Virus record (IMG/VR): IMGVR_UViG_3300021400_000331
Location: 3,050-67,049 of that record
DNA length: 64,000 nucleotides
From: a virus
Lineage: Duplodnaviria; Caudoviricetes
Strand: one strand, 5' to 3'
Position numbers and translations under genes: made by a program. Shown piece after piece: positions 18,704 to 26,392 of the stretch (positions are counted from its first letter, which is position 1; each line of letters opens with the position of its first letter). Below the pieces are notes generated by a model that had not been told where the DNA came from, ran no database searches, and worked only from the letters and a program-made list of their open reading frames with translations.

Positions 18704-18923
18704 TTCTGGAGAGCTTCAGAATGTCTTCGTGTACAACATTGATAAATACCGAATCCGCGTATTCAAGACTTGGATATTTGTCAATATCTGAAATGAACTC
18801 GTAAAGTAACTCATTTTCACGAACTACTCTTTCATTTGCAACATAGAGTTTGCCAATGCAAAGGAAAAGTATCGCCTGCAATACTAACGTAGCGATACCC
18901 AGAACAAGTAGTTGCTTATTCAT
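18690..18923 (-). CDS. Small membrane-anchored protein
   Basis: N-terminal TM helix LLVLGIATLVLQAILFLCIG. Confidence 0.65.
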   Translation of the reverse strand: MNKQLLVLGIATLVLQAILFLCIGKLYVANERVVRENELLYEFISDIDKYPSLEYADSVFINVVHEDILKLSRNEEI

Positions 18924-19187
18924 TTTATTTCATATTTAATTCGATCTTTAAAAATGGACTTAGCTTCGGATATAAATCCTACTAGACCCCTGCGCCACGA
19001 TGAGGAAGGTCCAATATGCAGGGGAAAGACGGAAATCCAATAACAGCCCGCTGTTTCGGGATTGAATTTCCGCCGGCTATTAGCCACATAGCAATGACAT
19101 TGTTTACGAGATCTGAAATCACGAGGAGAGCTACAGCAAGGTGCACTCGCGTTTTCTCTGGGTCAACACACTACGGAAAAACCATCG

Positions 19188-19260
19188 TGGTCCCTGCCGG
19201 ATTTGAACCAGCGACCCTCTGATTATGAGTCAGACGCTCTAACCACTGAGCTAAGGGACC
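19188..19260 (-). tRNA. tRNA with CAU anticodon, most likely tRNA-Ile2 (lysidine, reads AUA)
   Basis: GGTCCCT-TAGCTCAGTGGTTAGAGC-G-TCTGA-CTCATAA-TCAGA-GGGTC-GCTGG-TTCAAAT-CCGGC-AGGGACC-A; full cloverleaf closely resembling enterobacterial ileX; no encoded CCA. Confidence 0.9.
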
Positions 19261-19464
19261 AGAAATCCAGGCTGTATCTCACGACAGAGCCTGGATAATG
19301 AATAGTGTTTTGCCACTGCTTATACTCCAGTGGCCAAAGTAGACAACAAATCTCCAGGACCATTTAACGCTTGAATGGTACGTTTACCCTATCTTGAATT
19401 TAAGACTTCCCCGGTAAAACGAGGAAAATGACGGGAAAGGAATAAAAGCGGTAAAGCAACGGAA

Positions 19465-19517
19465 AACGGGATGAGAAGAAGAGGGAGATAGTCCCCCGCT
19501 CACACACTCATCCCGTT
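19465..19517 (-). terminator. Long-loop stem + U-tract (element E)
   Basis: AACGGGATGAG / CTCATCCCGTT, 11 bp, just after the 37 aa ORF stop. Confidence 0.5.
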
Positions 19518-19525
19518 AAACTCTG

Positions 19526-19639
19526 TTATTCCTGGTTCTCGCGTTCTTCTGCTAAGACGGAAGGAACATCAGACTCTGGAACACGGACGATGAAGCCTTT
19601 GATGTTGAGAAGGATAAACTTGGTGTTGTTGGTTTCCAT
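19526..19639 (-). CDS. Small hypothetical protein (37 aa)
   Basis: METNNTKFILLNIKGFIVRVPESDVPSVLAEERENQE; AT-rich leader. Confidence 0.55.
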   Translation of the reverse strand: METNNTKFILLNIKGFIVRVPESDVPSVLAEERENQE

Positions 19640-19731
19640 GATGATTTGGATTATGACTGGTTGAAAGAAAAATCAGATGTTCGTGTTGAGTCGGATCGTT
19701 CAGAGAAATGTCCGAGTTGAGTCAGATGAGC

Positions 19732-19757
19732 AAAAAAGAAAGAGCCCCGAAGGGCTC
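19732..19757 (-). terminator. Intrinsic terminator
   Basis: GAGCCC-TTCG-GGGCTC followed by TTTCTTTTTT on minus. Confidence 0.8.
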
Positions 19758-19761
19758 AGTC

Positions 19762-20151
19762 TTATTCGTCGAACTTGCGCTTGTCGCCGGAGAGATAGAC
19801 CTCCTTGTCGCCGTTGAAGAAGGAAAGCCACTTGGGGGTACCTTCGCGGAGAGTGTGCTCGCCGTTCTCATCGATACCAGCCCAGTAGCCGATTCTGAAC
19901 TTCATGTCGGTAATCTGCTTGGGAAGTTTCTGGATGTCCTCTTCGGTGGCTTCGTTTCTTGGCCACATATCAAGATTCACGACGACGCCGGAAGAGACCT
20001 GGACACCTTCGACGTGAATGAGGATGGTCTTCTTGCCGTCAACTTCTACAACTTTCGGAGAGAAGGAGACATTCTTGACGTTGAGAGCGTTGAAGAACAT
20101 GCTAGCGATGTAATCAACATAGGAATTCTGAGAAAGATTAATGTTTGCCAT
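19762..20151 (-). CDS. Hypothetical protein, first gene of the minus arm
   Basis: 129 aa ORF with strong codon bias and its own terminator. Confidence 0.75.
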   Translation of the reverse strand: MANINLSQNSYVDYIASMFFNALNVKNVSFSPKVVEVDGKKTILIHVEGVQVSSGVVVNLDMWPRNEATEEDIQKLPKQITDMKFRIGYWAGIDENGEHTLREGTPKWLSFFNGDKEVYLSGDKRKFDE

Positions 20152-20175
20152 AGTGCTTTAATAATTAATTGTTAC

Positions 20176-20349
20176 GGGGGATAGCCCCCTGCCTATGAGT
20201 TGGGGGTGGGGGACCAGGGGAGTACCTCTCGTACAAACAAGCATTGTCGATTGTTGAAATTTTGTCTCTTGCGAAACCCACCCGGGGGTATATCCAATCT
20301 TGGAAAGAAGGGGGTGGGGATATATCCAAAACCAGGTTCATATCGGGGG
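20176..20349 (+). other. G-tract cluster in the strand-switch region (origin/packaging/G-quadruplex candidate)
   Basis: Eight runs of G4-G5 on one strand; direct repeat GGGG(G/A)TATATCCAA at 20284 and 20316. Confidence 0.45.
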
Positions 20350-20535
20350 TGTTTTTTACTTCCGTGAAGGCATGAAATATCACCTTAATAATATAATATA
20401 AGGAGAACTTTGTATTTTACTGAACTACAATAGATTACAAAAATTTCTCTTATCACCAGAACAAGAAGAGCTGGACTGTAGTCCAGCAAACTTTGCATAG
20501 AAGCAAGCACTTTTAACAAAAAGTGTTAAAAATAT

Positions 20536-20566
20536 TTTCATGTTATGTGAAATAATGCTATATTTG
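20536..20566 (+). promoter_or_regulatory. Bacteroidota-type promoter for the plus arm
   Basis: TTTC-N19-TATATTTG, 22 nt before ATG 20589. Confidence 0.6.
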
Positions 20567-20588
20567 TGACAAGAAATAGCACCGTATC

Positions 20589-21104
20589 ATGGCGAGGAAA
20601 TATGTAACGCAGAACATTGAGGAGAAGCACGTCGATCGGTTTGGTGGCGTGACTACTCGAACCGGGAGTAAGGTTGTTGAAATTGATGCTGATAATGAGC
20701 CTTTCTTCCAGACTTATCTTAATTACGTCGGATGGATGTATGACATCCGTGGCGGCGTCGCGCTGAATGTGATGGCGAGACTGATGGAGGAGGCTGGATA
20801 CAATACTGGTATTGTGAGCATGTCTCCTGCGATCCGTCGCCGCGTTCGCGATGCTCTGGGTATTTGCGACTCTGCGCTTACTCGTGCAATCAACACTTTG
20901 GTTGAGAAGAAGGCTCTTGCGCGGACGAGCTATGTTGACAAGGAGACTGGAGAGGTAAAGTACAATAAGGGCGAGTATCGCGTCAATCCTGAGATGTTCT
21001 GGAAAGGTGATCGATCAGAACGAAAGAAGTTGATCGTCGAGTTCCGTGCCATTTACGGCGATAGTGAGAAAAAGGAGTTTGTGAGCGATTCAACTTGGGA
21101 TTGA
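20589..21104 (+). CDS. RepL-like winged-helix replication protein
   Basis: HTH-like IRRRVRDALGICDSALTRAINTLVEKK and C-terminal YRVNPEMFWKG typical of RepL-family proteins. Confidence 0.7.
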   Translation: MARKYVTQNIEEKHVDRFGGVTTRTGSKVVEIDADNEPFFQTYLNYVGWMYDIRGGVALNVMARLMEEAGYNTGIVSMSPAIRRRVRDALGICDSALTRAINTLVEKKALARTSYVDKETGEVKYNKGEYRVNPEMFWKGDRSERKKLIVEFRAIYGDSEKKEFVSDSTWD

Positions 21105-21163
21105 ATGACAACATAATAGAGTGTAGCTAAACAACTTCTTTTAAAATAAATCAGTCATTCATT

Positions 21164-21192
21164 TAGCCTTGCGTTTGTCGCAGGGCTATTTT
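21164..21192 (+). terminator. Intrinsic terminator
   Basis: TAGCCTTGCG-tttgt-CGCAGGGCTA-TTTT. Confidence 0.7.
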
Positions 21193-21216
21193 GTTTCTTT
21201 GCGAAAAATTTAACGT

Positions 21217-22392
21217 ATGTCGGATATTCACATTGACCCAAAGAAGAAAGGGACATTCAAGGCTCAGGCCAGTAAGATGGGTATGAGCACTCAGGCGGCT
21301 GCGAGCCACATCTTGGCGCATAAGGAGAATTATTCCCCGGCGATGGTGAAGAAGGCTGTATTCGCGAAAAACTTCGCTCACAGGCACGCTGATGGTGGAT
21401 TCCTTCTGCCTTTCTTCGACAATAACAACGCATCCGTATCTGGTGGGGCTGGATACTCTGGTGGGCAAGAGGTGGGAACGCTGTATGGTGGTGGTGAGAG
21501 AACCGGAAGTGGCAAATATGTGACACTTCTTCCGGCGAAAGATGAGGACGCATTTCAGGAGTGGTTTCAGCGCTATGCCGTCAGTCATCAACTGAATCCA
21601 AATCCGGATGCAAGGGAGCATTACTACGACTATCGTGGTTACTGGAATGCTAATAGGTCAAATCCTGACTTCGATGTGACAACTTCCGACAATCATTTCC
21701 CGGATACATGGAAGACGCCTGGGCATCCGACGTTCTCGGTTGACAGTATCTATGCCAAAGATGCTCCGGAGCTGGCAGGGAAATGGGTTAACGGCGAATA
21801 CGTGAAGCCCGGGATGCTCGACTCCAATACGATGAAGCTTCGTCAGCGTTATGCTGAGAGCTCATTCCGTGATGATCTCAAATCTCCGGCTGGAGCTATC
21901 GGACGTTATCAGATCATGCCAATGACATACCAGGAGTATATCGATCGTACGGGCAATCGAGGCGATCTTCTTGATCCGAAATACAACGAAGCCCTTCGTG
22001 ACTGGTATCTTGAAAAGCGACTTCCCCAGTTTGAGGCAATGAAGCGTGGTAATCCCAGTGACCTCGTGCGTGAATATCGCAGGTACGCGGCATATAATAT
22101 GGGCCCGGGAGGACTGAACAGGGCGCTTACGAAGGCGCAGAAGGACGGCATTGATATCGACAATACGCTTGGTTGGGTGAAATACCTTCCGAAAGAGACT
22201 CGCGACTATGTTGACTTCATCGTTGGAGGAAAAGATATTGCAGATACGAGTAAGACACAGGCTTTGTTCGATGCCGCTTATGCAAAGTATCGGAAGATGC
22301 GCTATGGCGGACTGATCGAAAAAGCAAAGCGTGCGTATGGAGGAGATACCCAAGCGATACTTGATGTCTTGAAGAAGGCAAAGAGAGGTTGA
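21217..22392 (+). CDS. Virion cargo-type protein with C-terminal lytic transglycosylase (SLT) domain
   Basis: YAESS catalytic Glu, GAIGRYQIMP, AAYNMGPG; crAss-like N-terminal module HIDPKKKGTF...KKAVFAKNF. Confidence 0.8.
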   Translation: MSDIHIDPKKKGTFKAQASKMGMSTQAAASHILAHKENYSPAMVKKAVFAKNFAHRHADGGFLLPFFDNNNASVSGGAGYSGGQEVGTLYGGGERTGSGKYVTLLPAKDEDAFQEWFQRYAVSHQLNPNPDAREHYYDYRGYWNANRSNPDFDVTTSDNHFPDTWKTPGHPTFSVDSIYAKDAPELAGKWVNGEYVKPGMLDSNTMKLRQRYAESSFRDDLKSPAGAIGRYQIMPMTYQEYIDRTGNRGDLLDPKYNEALRDWYLEKRLPQFEAMKRGNPSDLVREYRRYAAYNMGPGGLNRALTKAQKDGIDIDNTLGWVKYLPKETRDYVDFIVGGKDIADTSKTQALFDAAYAKYRKMRYGGLIEKAKRAYGGDTQAILDVLKKAKRG

Positions 22393-22410
22393 AATAAACC
22401 TCTCTTTTTG
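22381..22410 (+). terminator. Intrinsic terminator
   Basis: AAGAGAGGTT-gaaata-AACCTCTCTT-TTTG. Confidence 0.7.
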
Positions 22411-22502
22411 TATTTAATCGCCTGACTTACAAACAATGAAACAAAAATGTTTCATTTTTCGAAATAATCTTCTTATCTTAGCATCAAGAAAAATACTTCG
22501 CT

Positions 22503-22652
22503 ATGAAAATGCTCGTATACAGCGCCAATTCGCTTCGGGATCTGAAAGCGAAAGCGGATGAGAAGAGACTCCAAAAAGAAAACATCGTCCAGATCCTCGA
22601 CAACCGGGACGGGACATTCACAATGATTTATTTCGGTGACGAAGATGAATAG
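22503..22652 (+). CDS. Small conserved-looking protein (49 aa)
   Basis: MKMLVYSANSLRDLKAKADEKRLQKENIVQILDNRDGTFTMIYFGDEDE; overlaps the next ATG. Confidence 0.6.
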   Translation: MKMLVYSANSLRDLKAKADEKRLQKENIVQILDNRDGTFTMIYFGDEDE

Positions 22653-22863
22653 TCCGGAAGGAGAAGACCTCGTTTATTATTGCAGGAGCTGTCATTCCCT
22701 CTGCATCGTACAGGATGAATCCCTGTCGACGGAAGGGTGGGACGGATCTTACTGCGGTAAATGCCACTCTACGGACATTGCCCTTTGTCCGATGGAAGAT
22801 TGGCTGGCGGAAGAAGAGAGAAAGCGGAAGAAGCGGGAGGAGATTGAATGGAGCAAATTGTAA
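22645..22863 (+). CDS. Zinc-ribbon protein
   Basis: YYCRSCHSL...YCGKCHSTDI. Confidence 0.75.
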   Translation: MNSPEGEDLVYYCRSCHSLCIVQDESLSTEGWDGSYCGKCHSTDIALCPMEDWLAEEERKRKKREEIEWSKL

Positions 22864-23273
22864 AGAGAGATGGGAAAATCTATTATGGATCAGTGGAGTG
22901 CCTCAACGCTGATGATGCCTACCGGAAATTCCGTGACGACTACAATGTGGCTCTCGGAAAGCGATACTATCAGCGTCTCGGACGACTTGGTGCCAGAAAG
23001 GAGCGCGTGCACGGATTCGGCTTCGTCTACAATGGTGGACCAGATCTTCCTAGAATTACAGGCGGACTGGTGCCCACCAGACTTCTCGGAATCGCCGCAG
23101 GTGCGTATTGCCGAATGCTTGGCTCCTGGGATATACCGGGTGGAATGGACGAAGACGAGTTCTGGCTTTGGTTTCAGTGGGCCTTCCGAAAAAACGGTGG
23201 AGCCGTGAGGCTTGTTGGAAGGAAAGACAAGGCTGGGCGTACGAGCAAGATTCTCAGCAAACGATTCAAGTAA
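22848..23273 (+). CDS. Hypothetical basic protein
   Basis: 141 aa ORF in operon context. Confidence 0.65.
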   Translation: MEQIVKRDGKIYYGSVECLNADDAYRKFRDDYNVALGKRYYQRLGRLGARKERVHGFGFVYNGGPDLPRITGGLVPTRLLGIAAGAYCRMLGSWDIPGGMDEDEFWLWFQWAFRKNGGAVRLVGRKDKAGRTSKILSKRFK

Positions 23274-23288
23274 CATAATTGCATAACT

Positions 23289-23609
23289 ATGGAAGAGAAC
23301 AAAAAGAAGCAGGAGGAGCCGAAAAAGCTCTCCTACGAAGAACTTCAGCGCACCGCCGGTGACCTGTACCAGCACAACCAGCGCCTGCTCCAGCAGGTCC
23401 GCCAGATGCAGGAAGCGCTGGAACGTCGCGACTTTGACTACACTTCCTTCTTCTTGAGCATGCTGTTCAAGGTGATGGAGCATCCTGAGATGTATGAAAC
23501 GAAATTCGTCGAATGGGCTACGAACAACATCCAGAGTGCGCTCTACGCCTTTTCCGCTGCATCACAGAAGCAGGAAGAAAACGAGCCTGTAAAGAATGAA
23601 GCCGAATAA
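23289..23609 (+). CDS. Conserved crAss-like hypothetical protein
   Basis: KKLSYEEL coiled-coil N-terminus, LFKVMEH. Confidence 0.75.
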   Translation: MEENKKKQEEPKKLSYEELQRTAGDLYQHNQRLLQQVRQMQEALERRDFDYTSFFLSMLFKVMEHPEMYETKFVEWATNNIQSALYAFSAASQKQEENEPVKNEAE

Positions 23610-24006
23610 CGTTCTTTACGTCAAGTGCACCAGAGACTCGTTCTATCGTGCGTGGCTTGAAATCCTTACTCCCTGGCACAAGCTTTCGTCCAGGGAGAGG
23701 GATGTGGCCGCGAGGATCATCTCCCAGTATTTCAAACTGAAGGATAACATCAAGGATCCGGAGGTGCTGAAAGAGGTGCTGTGGTCGAATACTTCCAGGA
23801 AAGATATCCGCGAGTCGCTCGGGATGAGTCAGGCGCACTTCCAGATGATACTGGCCAAACTGCGTACGAACGGCGTCCTTGTTGACGGCGATATCAATCC
23901 GAAGTATATTCCGCACAAGGGTGACGATCCGAAGTTCCTTCTGAGTGTGGTCTACGATTGGTCTACGCCGCAGGAACCGATAAACCCGATGTCTGGTGCG
24001 AAATAG
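23596..24006 (+). CDS. Conserved crAss-like wHTH protein
   Basis: RKDIRESLGMSQAHFQMILAKLR helix-turn-helix; INPKYIP. Confidence 0.7.
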   Translation: MKPNNVLYVKCTRDSFYRAWLEILTPWHKLSSRERDVAARIISQYFKLKDNIKDPEVLKEVLWSNTSRKDIRESLGMSQAHFQMILAKLRTNGVLVDGDINPKYIPHKGDDPKFLLSVVYDWSTPQEPINPMSGAK

Positions 24007-24466
24007 GGATGATGAGGCCGAGTGTCGCAGGATTGCCGACGAACTTGGTCTTGATGCTTCGGATGTGAAGCGTGCTGTCGTCTCGTTCTTTGACGTGTTC
24101 GAGATGGAGGCAAGGAAGCTTCCGTTCGACAATTGCCGGAGAATCTATTCCAGGGAGAAGTTCTCCTCGTACTCCAAGGTGAGGAATATACCGAGTGTCG
24201 GTCGCCTTGGGCCTTCGTATTCCCGCTATCTCAAGTGGAGGGCCAATGAAGCGAAGGGGATCGACATGGAGCCAAGGAAGAAGCCAAGGGGAAGAATACC
24301 GAAAGAGGCAATAGAGAAGATGGCTTCCGACATTCTCTCTGGAAAAACTCCGGAACCTGTAAGGAAAATTAAAAGAAACACTGAATTGTATGATCGGGTC
24401 TGGCTTGTCGGGCAGGATGGAAAGAAATTAGCCCGACAGGTTATCCCGAAAAGCAAAAGCGAATAA
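23996..24466 (+). CDS. Basic protein, possible HU/IHF-like N-terminus
   Basis: IADELGLDASDVKRAVVSFF...NIPSVGRL. Confidence 0.6.
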   Translation: MRNRDDEAECRRIADELGLDASDVKRAVVSFFDVFEMEARKLPFDNCRRIYSREKFSSYSKVRNIPSVGRLGPSYSRYLKWRANEAKGIDMEPRKKPRGRIPKEAIEKMASDILSGKTPEPVRKIKRNTELYDRVWLVGQDGKKLARQVIPKSKSE

Positions 24467-24487
24467 CTGCAAAAAACCAAAGTAAAG

Positions 24488-24886
24488 ATGAGTTTCAGAA
24501 TCAAAAAAGTGCGTCCGATGTTCACCGGCGTCGTCACCACAGCACGTCGCTATGTCGGCGCTACCACCACCAAGGGCGGCCTCCTTCTCGACACGACTAA
24601 GATGGAGGGTACGATGAATCCGTTCCAGTGGGTTGTCTCTGTCGGTCCGATGGTGAAGGATCTGAAAGAAGGCGATATTGTCTCCATCAACTTCAAGCGC
24701 TACGCGAAGGCCCAGCATCTTCCGGGTGCTATCGAGAACAACGTCCAGTCCGACAACCTCTCCGTCGTGTATGACATCCCGATGATTAACATTGACGGTG
24801 TTGAGTATCTCTATCTCCAGAACAGTGACATCGAGTTCGTCGTTGAGGAGTACGACGGTATTGACGAAGGCGGTCTTCTCCAGTAG
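24488..24886 (+). CDS. GroES-like co-chaperonin
   Basis: KVRPMFTGV...TKGGLLL...VVSVGPMVKDLKEGDIV...IDGVEYLYLQNSDIEFVV. Confidence 0.7.
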   Translation: MSFRIKKVRPMFTGVVTTARRYVGATTTKGGLLLDTTKMEGTMNPFQWVVSVGPMVKDLKEGDIVSINFKRYAKAQHLPGAIENNVQSDNLSVVYDIPMINIDGVEYLYLQNSDIEFVVEEYDGIDEGGLLQ

Positions 24887-24887
24887 T

Positions 24888-25088
24888 ATGAAAACATTCT
24901 TCAAACGGCTCCGGCTCGCCTGGCGGGTGCTTAAGGCTGACGAGGTTATCGTTGTCGCCTATAATGACGACGGCTTGCACTATCACCATGATGGTGCGAG
25001 CCTTGTCTTTCTCCATGTGTTCATGAAGATTGTCGGTAACGCCAAACTCTGGATGAAGGAATGGACGGACCTGAATGCTATCAATTGA
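24888..25088 (+). CDS. Small hypothetical protein
   Basis: MKTFFKRLRLAWRVLKADEVIVV; ATG 1 nt after the upstream stop. Confidence 0.55.
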   Translation: MKTFFKRLRLAWRVLKADEVIVVAYNDDGLHYHHDGASLVFLHVFMKIVGNAKLWMKEWTDLNAIN

Positions 25089-25252
25089 CGATGGATGTCA
25101 TGCCGGACGAACTCATCATGGACGAGGAGACCTGGATGGCCTACAAGGACGCCGGGTTCATCTTCTATGACAGCGGCCTTAAATCACCGCCTACGGAGCC
25201 GTATACTTTCGAGAAGTGTTATCCGGGTGACGAAGCAAAAGCGGATTTATAG
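25061..25252 (+). CDS. Small hypothetical protein
   Basis: 63 aa ORF (alternative start 25090). Confidence 0.5.
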   Translation: MDGPECYQLTMDVMPDELIMDEETWMAYKDAGFIFYDSGLKSPPTEPYTFEKCYPGDEAKADL

Positions 25253-25254
25253 AT

Positions 25255-25800
25255 ATGAAACTGATAGAATTTGACGGCTTGGAGTTCAAGATTGCTGACG
25301 AAGCCCTTCTCGTTCGTCCAATCCGCGAACTCTTTGAGAAGGACAAGAGCAAGAAGAAGGAGAACTTCTGGAAGCAGATTTCCTATCTCTGGTTCATGGT
25401 TGATCCGAGGAGCACGTACCAGTACCTCGTGGACGAACAGAAACGCTCCGAGGAGATCATTGCCCAGGAGGGACTTGGGAAAGATTGGAAGCCTTCGTTC
25501 GAGCTGCGTGAGGCGATGGAGATCTATCGCAAGAACACGACCACGACCGCATCCCTTCTTCTTGAAGATATGCGAAGAGGCGTCGAGGGCTTGCGTTCCA
25601 TCCTCCGCTCCTTCGAGACAATTACTATCTCCGATGGTAGGGCTGCGTCTCAGATCGCTTCCTCTATTACCGCAACCATCGCCAAGATTCCGGAACTGAT
25701 GAAGGCGATGTCCGATGCGGAGAAGGCACTGGAGAAAGACTTTGCGACGGAAGATAAGGCGAGAGGTACAGCCGAAAAAGCGATCGGGGAAGATGTATAA
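25255..25800 (+). CDS. Conserved crAss-like protein, candidate terminase small subunit
   Basis: YLWFMVDPRSTY motif; helical; just upstream of TerL. Confidence 0.6.
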   Translation: MKLIEFDGLEFKIADEALLVRPIRELFEKDKSKKKENFWKQISYLWFMVDPRSTYQYLVDEQKRSEEIIAQEGLGKDWKPSFELREAMEIYRKNTTTTASLLLEDMRRGVEGLRSILRSFETITISDGRAASQIASSITATIAKIPELMKAMSDAEKALEKDFATEDKARGTAEKAIGEDV

Positions 25801-25820
25801 CTGTAACTCATTGGTAATCA

Positions 25821-26390
25821 ATGCATAAGTCGGTGGAAGAATTTAGCGTTAATACGCTTGAAATCGGAGGACTCGGAGCAGCGTTGCAGGCATTGAGGCT
25901 TCCGTTTGGCAAGGATGTGCGTTCTTCGATACATTCACACATTGAAGATCACGATGAAATCAAGAATGCCTTGCGTTATCGAACAGAGATGTTTGTTGAC
26001 GAGAGTGATTCGAAATTGATTTCGACGCTTGTCAAACGTGGAGATGAGCACGCTAAGGTCTTACGTGGGGTTTGCGTTTGGTGCGAAATCAATGCTCCAA
26101 GATATTGGTGGCAGGAATGCGATCGATATTCTGTGGGCGCATGCTGCCTGTCGAGCAATTCAACCATGCATCAGCAGGGTCAGGGCCTGGACGAAGATGC
26201 CCTTGTAGATATGAAGGAGAATCTTACGGAGGGTACTATGCAGAAAAGAGTCTGGATGTTCTCATATCAGACGCTACGGCGCATTTACTTTCAGCGTAGG
26301 AATCATCGTCTGCCCCAATGGAGAAAGTTCTGTGAGTGGATCAAAACGCTCCCGTTTGCGGAAGAGTTCATTACGATAGAAAACGGATAA
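25821..26390 (+). CDS. ThyX-related phage protein (non-canonical)
   Basis: HAKVLRG...APRYWWQECDRY...SNSTMH...SYQTLRRIYFQRRNHRLPQW. Confidence 0.6.
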   Translation: MHKSVEEFSVNTLEIGGLGAALQALRLPFGKDVRSSIHSHIEDHDEIKNALRYRTEMFVDESDSKLISTLVKRGDEHAKVLRGVCVWCEINAPRYWWQECDRYSVGACCLSSNSTMHQQGQGLDEDALVDMKENLTEGTMQKRVWMFSYQTLRRIYFQRRNHRLPQWRKFCEWIKTLPFAEEFITIENG

Positions 26391-26392
26391 TA

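Noticed and set aside
259-19222. Plus-strand ORFs in the first 20 kb as real genes
   Set aside because: They overlap a gap-free minus-strand gene chain and lack recognisable motifs
19188-19260. Calling the CAU tRNA an initiator tRNA-fMet
   Set aside because: G1-C72 is paired and the anticodon stem lacks three consecutive G-C pairs; body matches Ile2-type tRNAs
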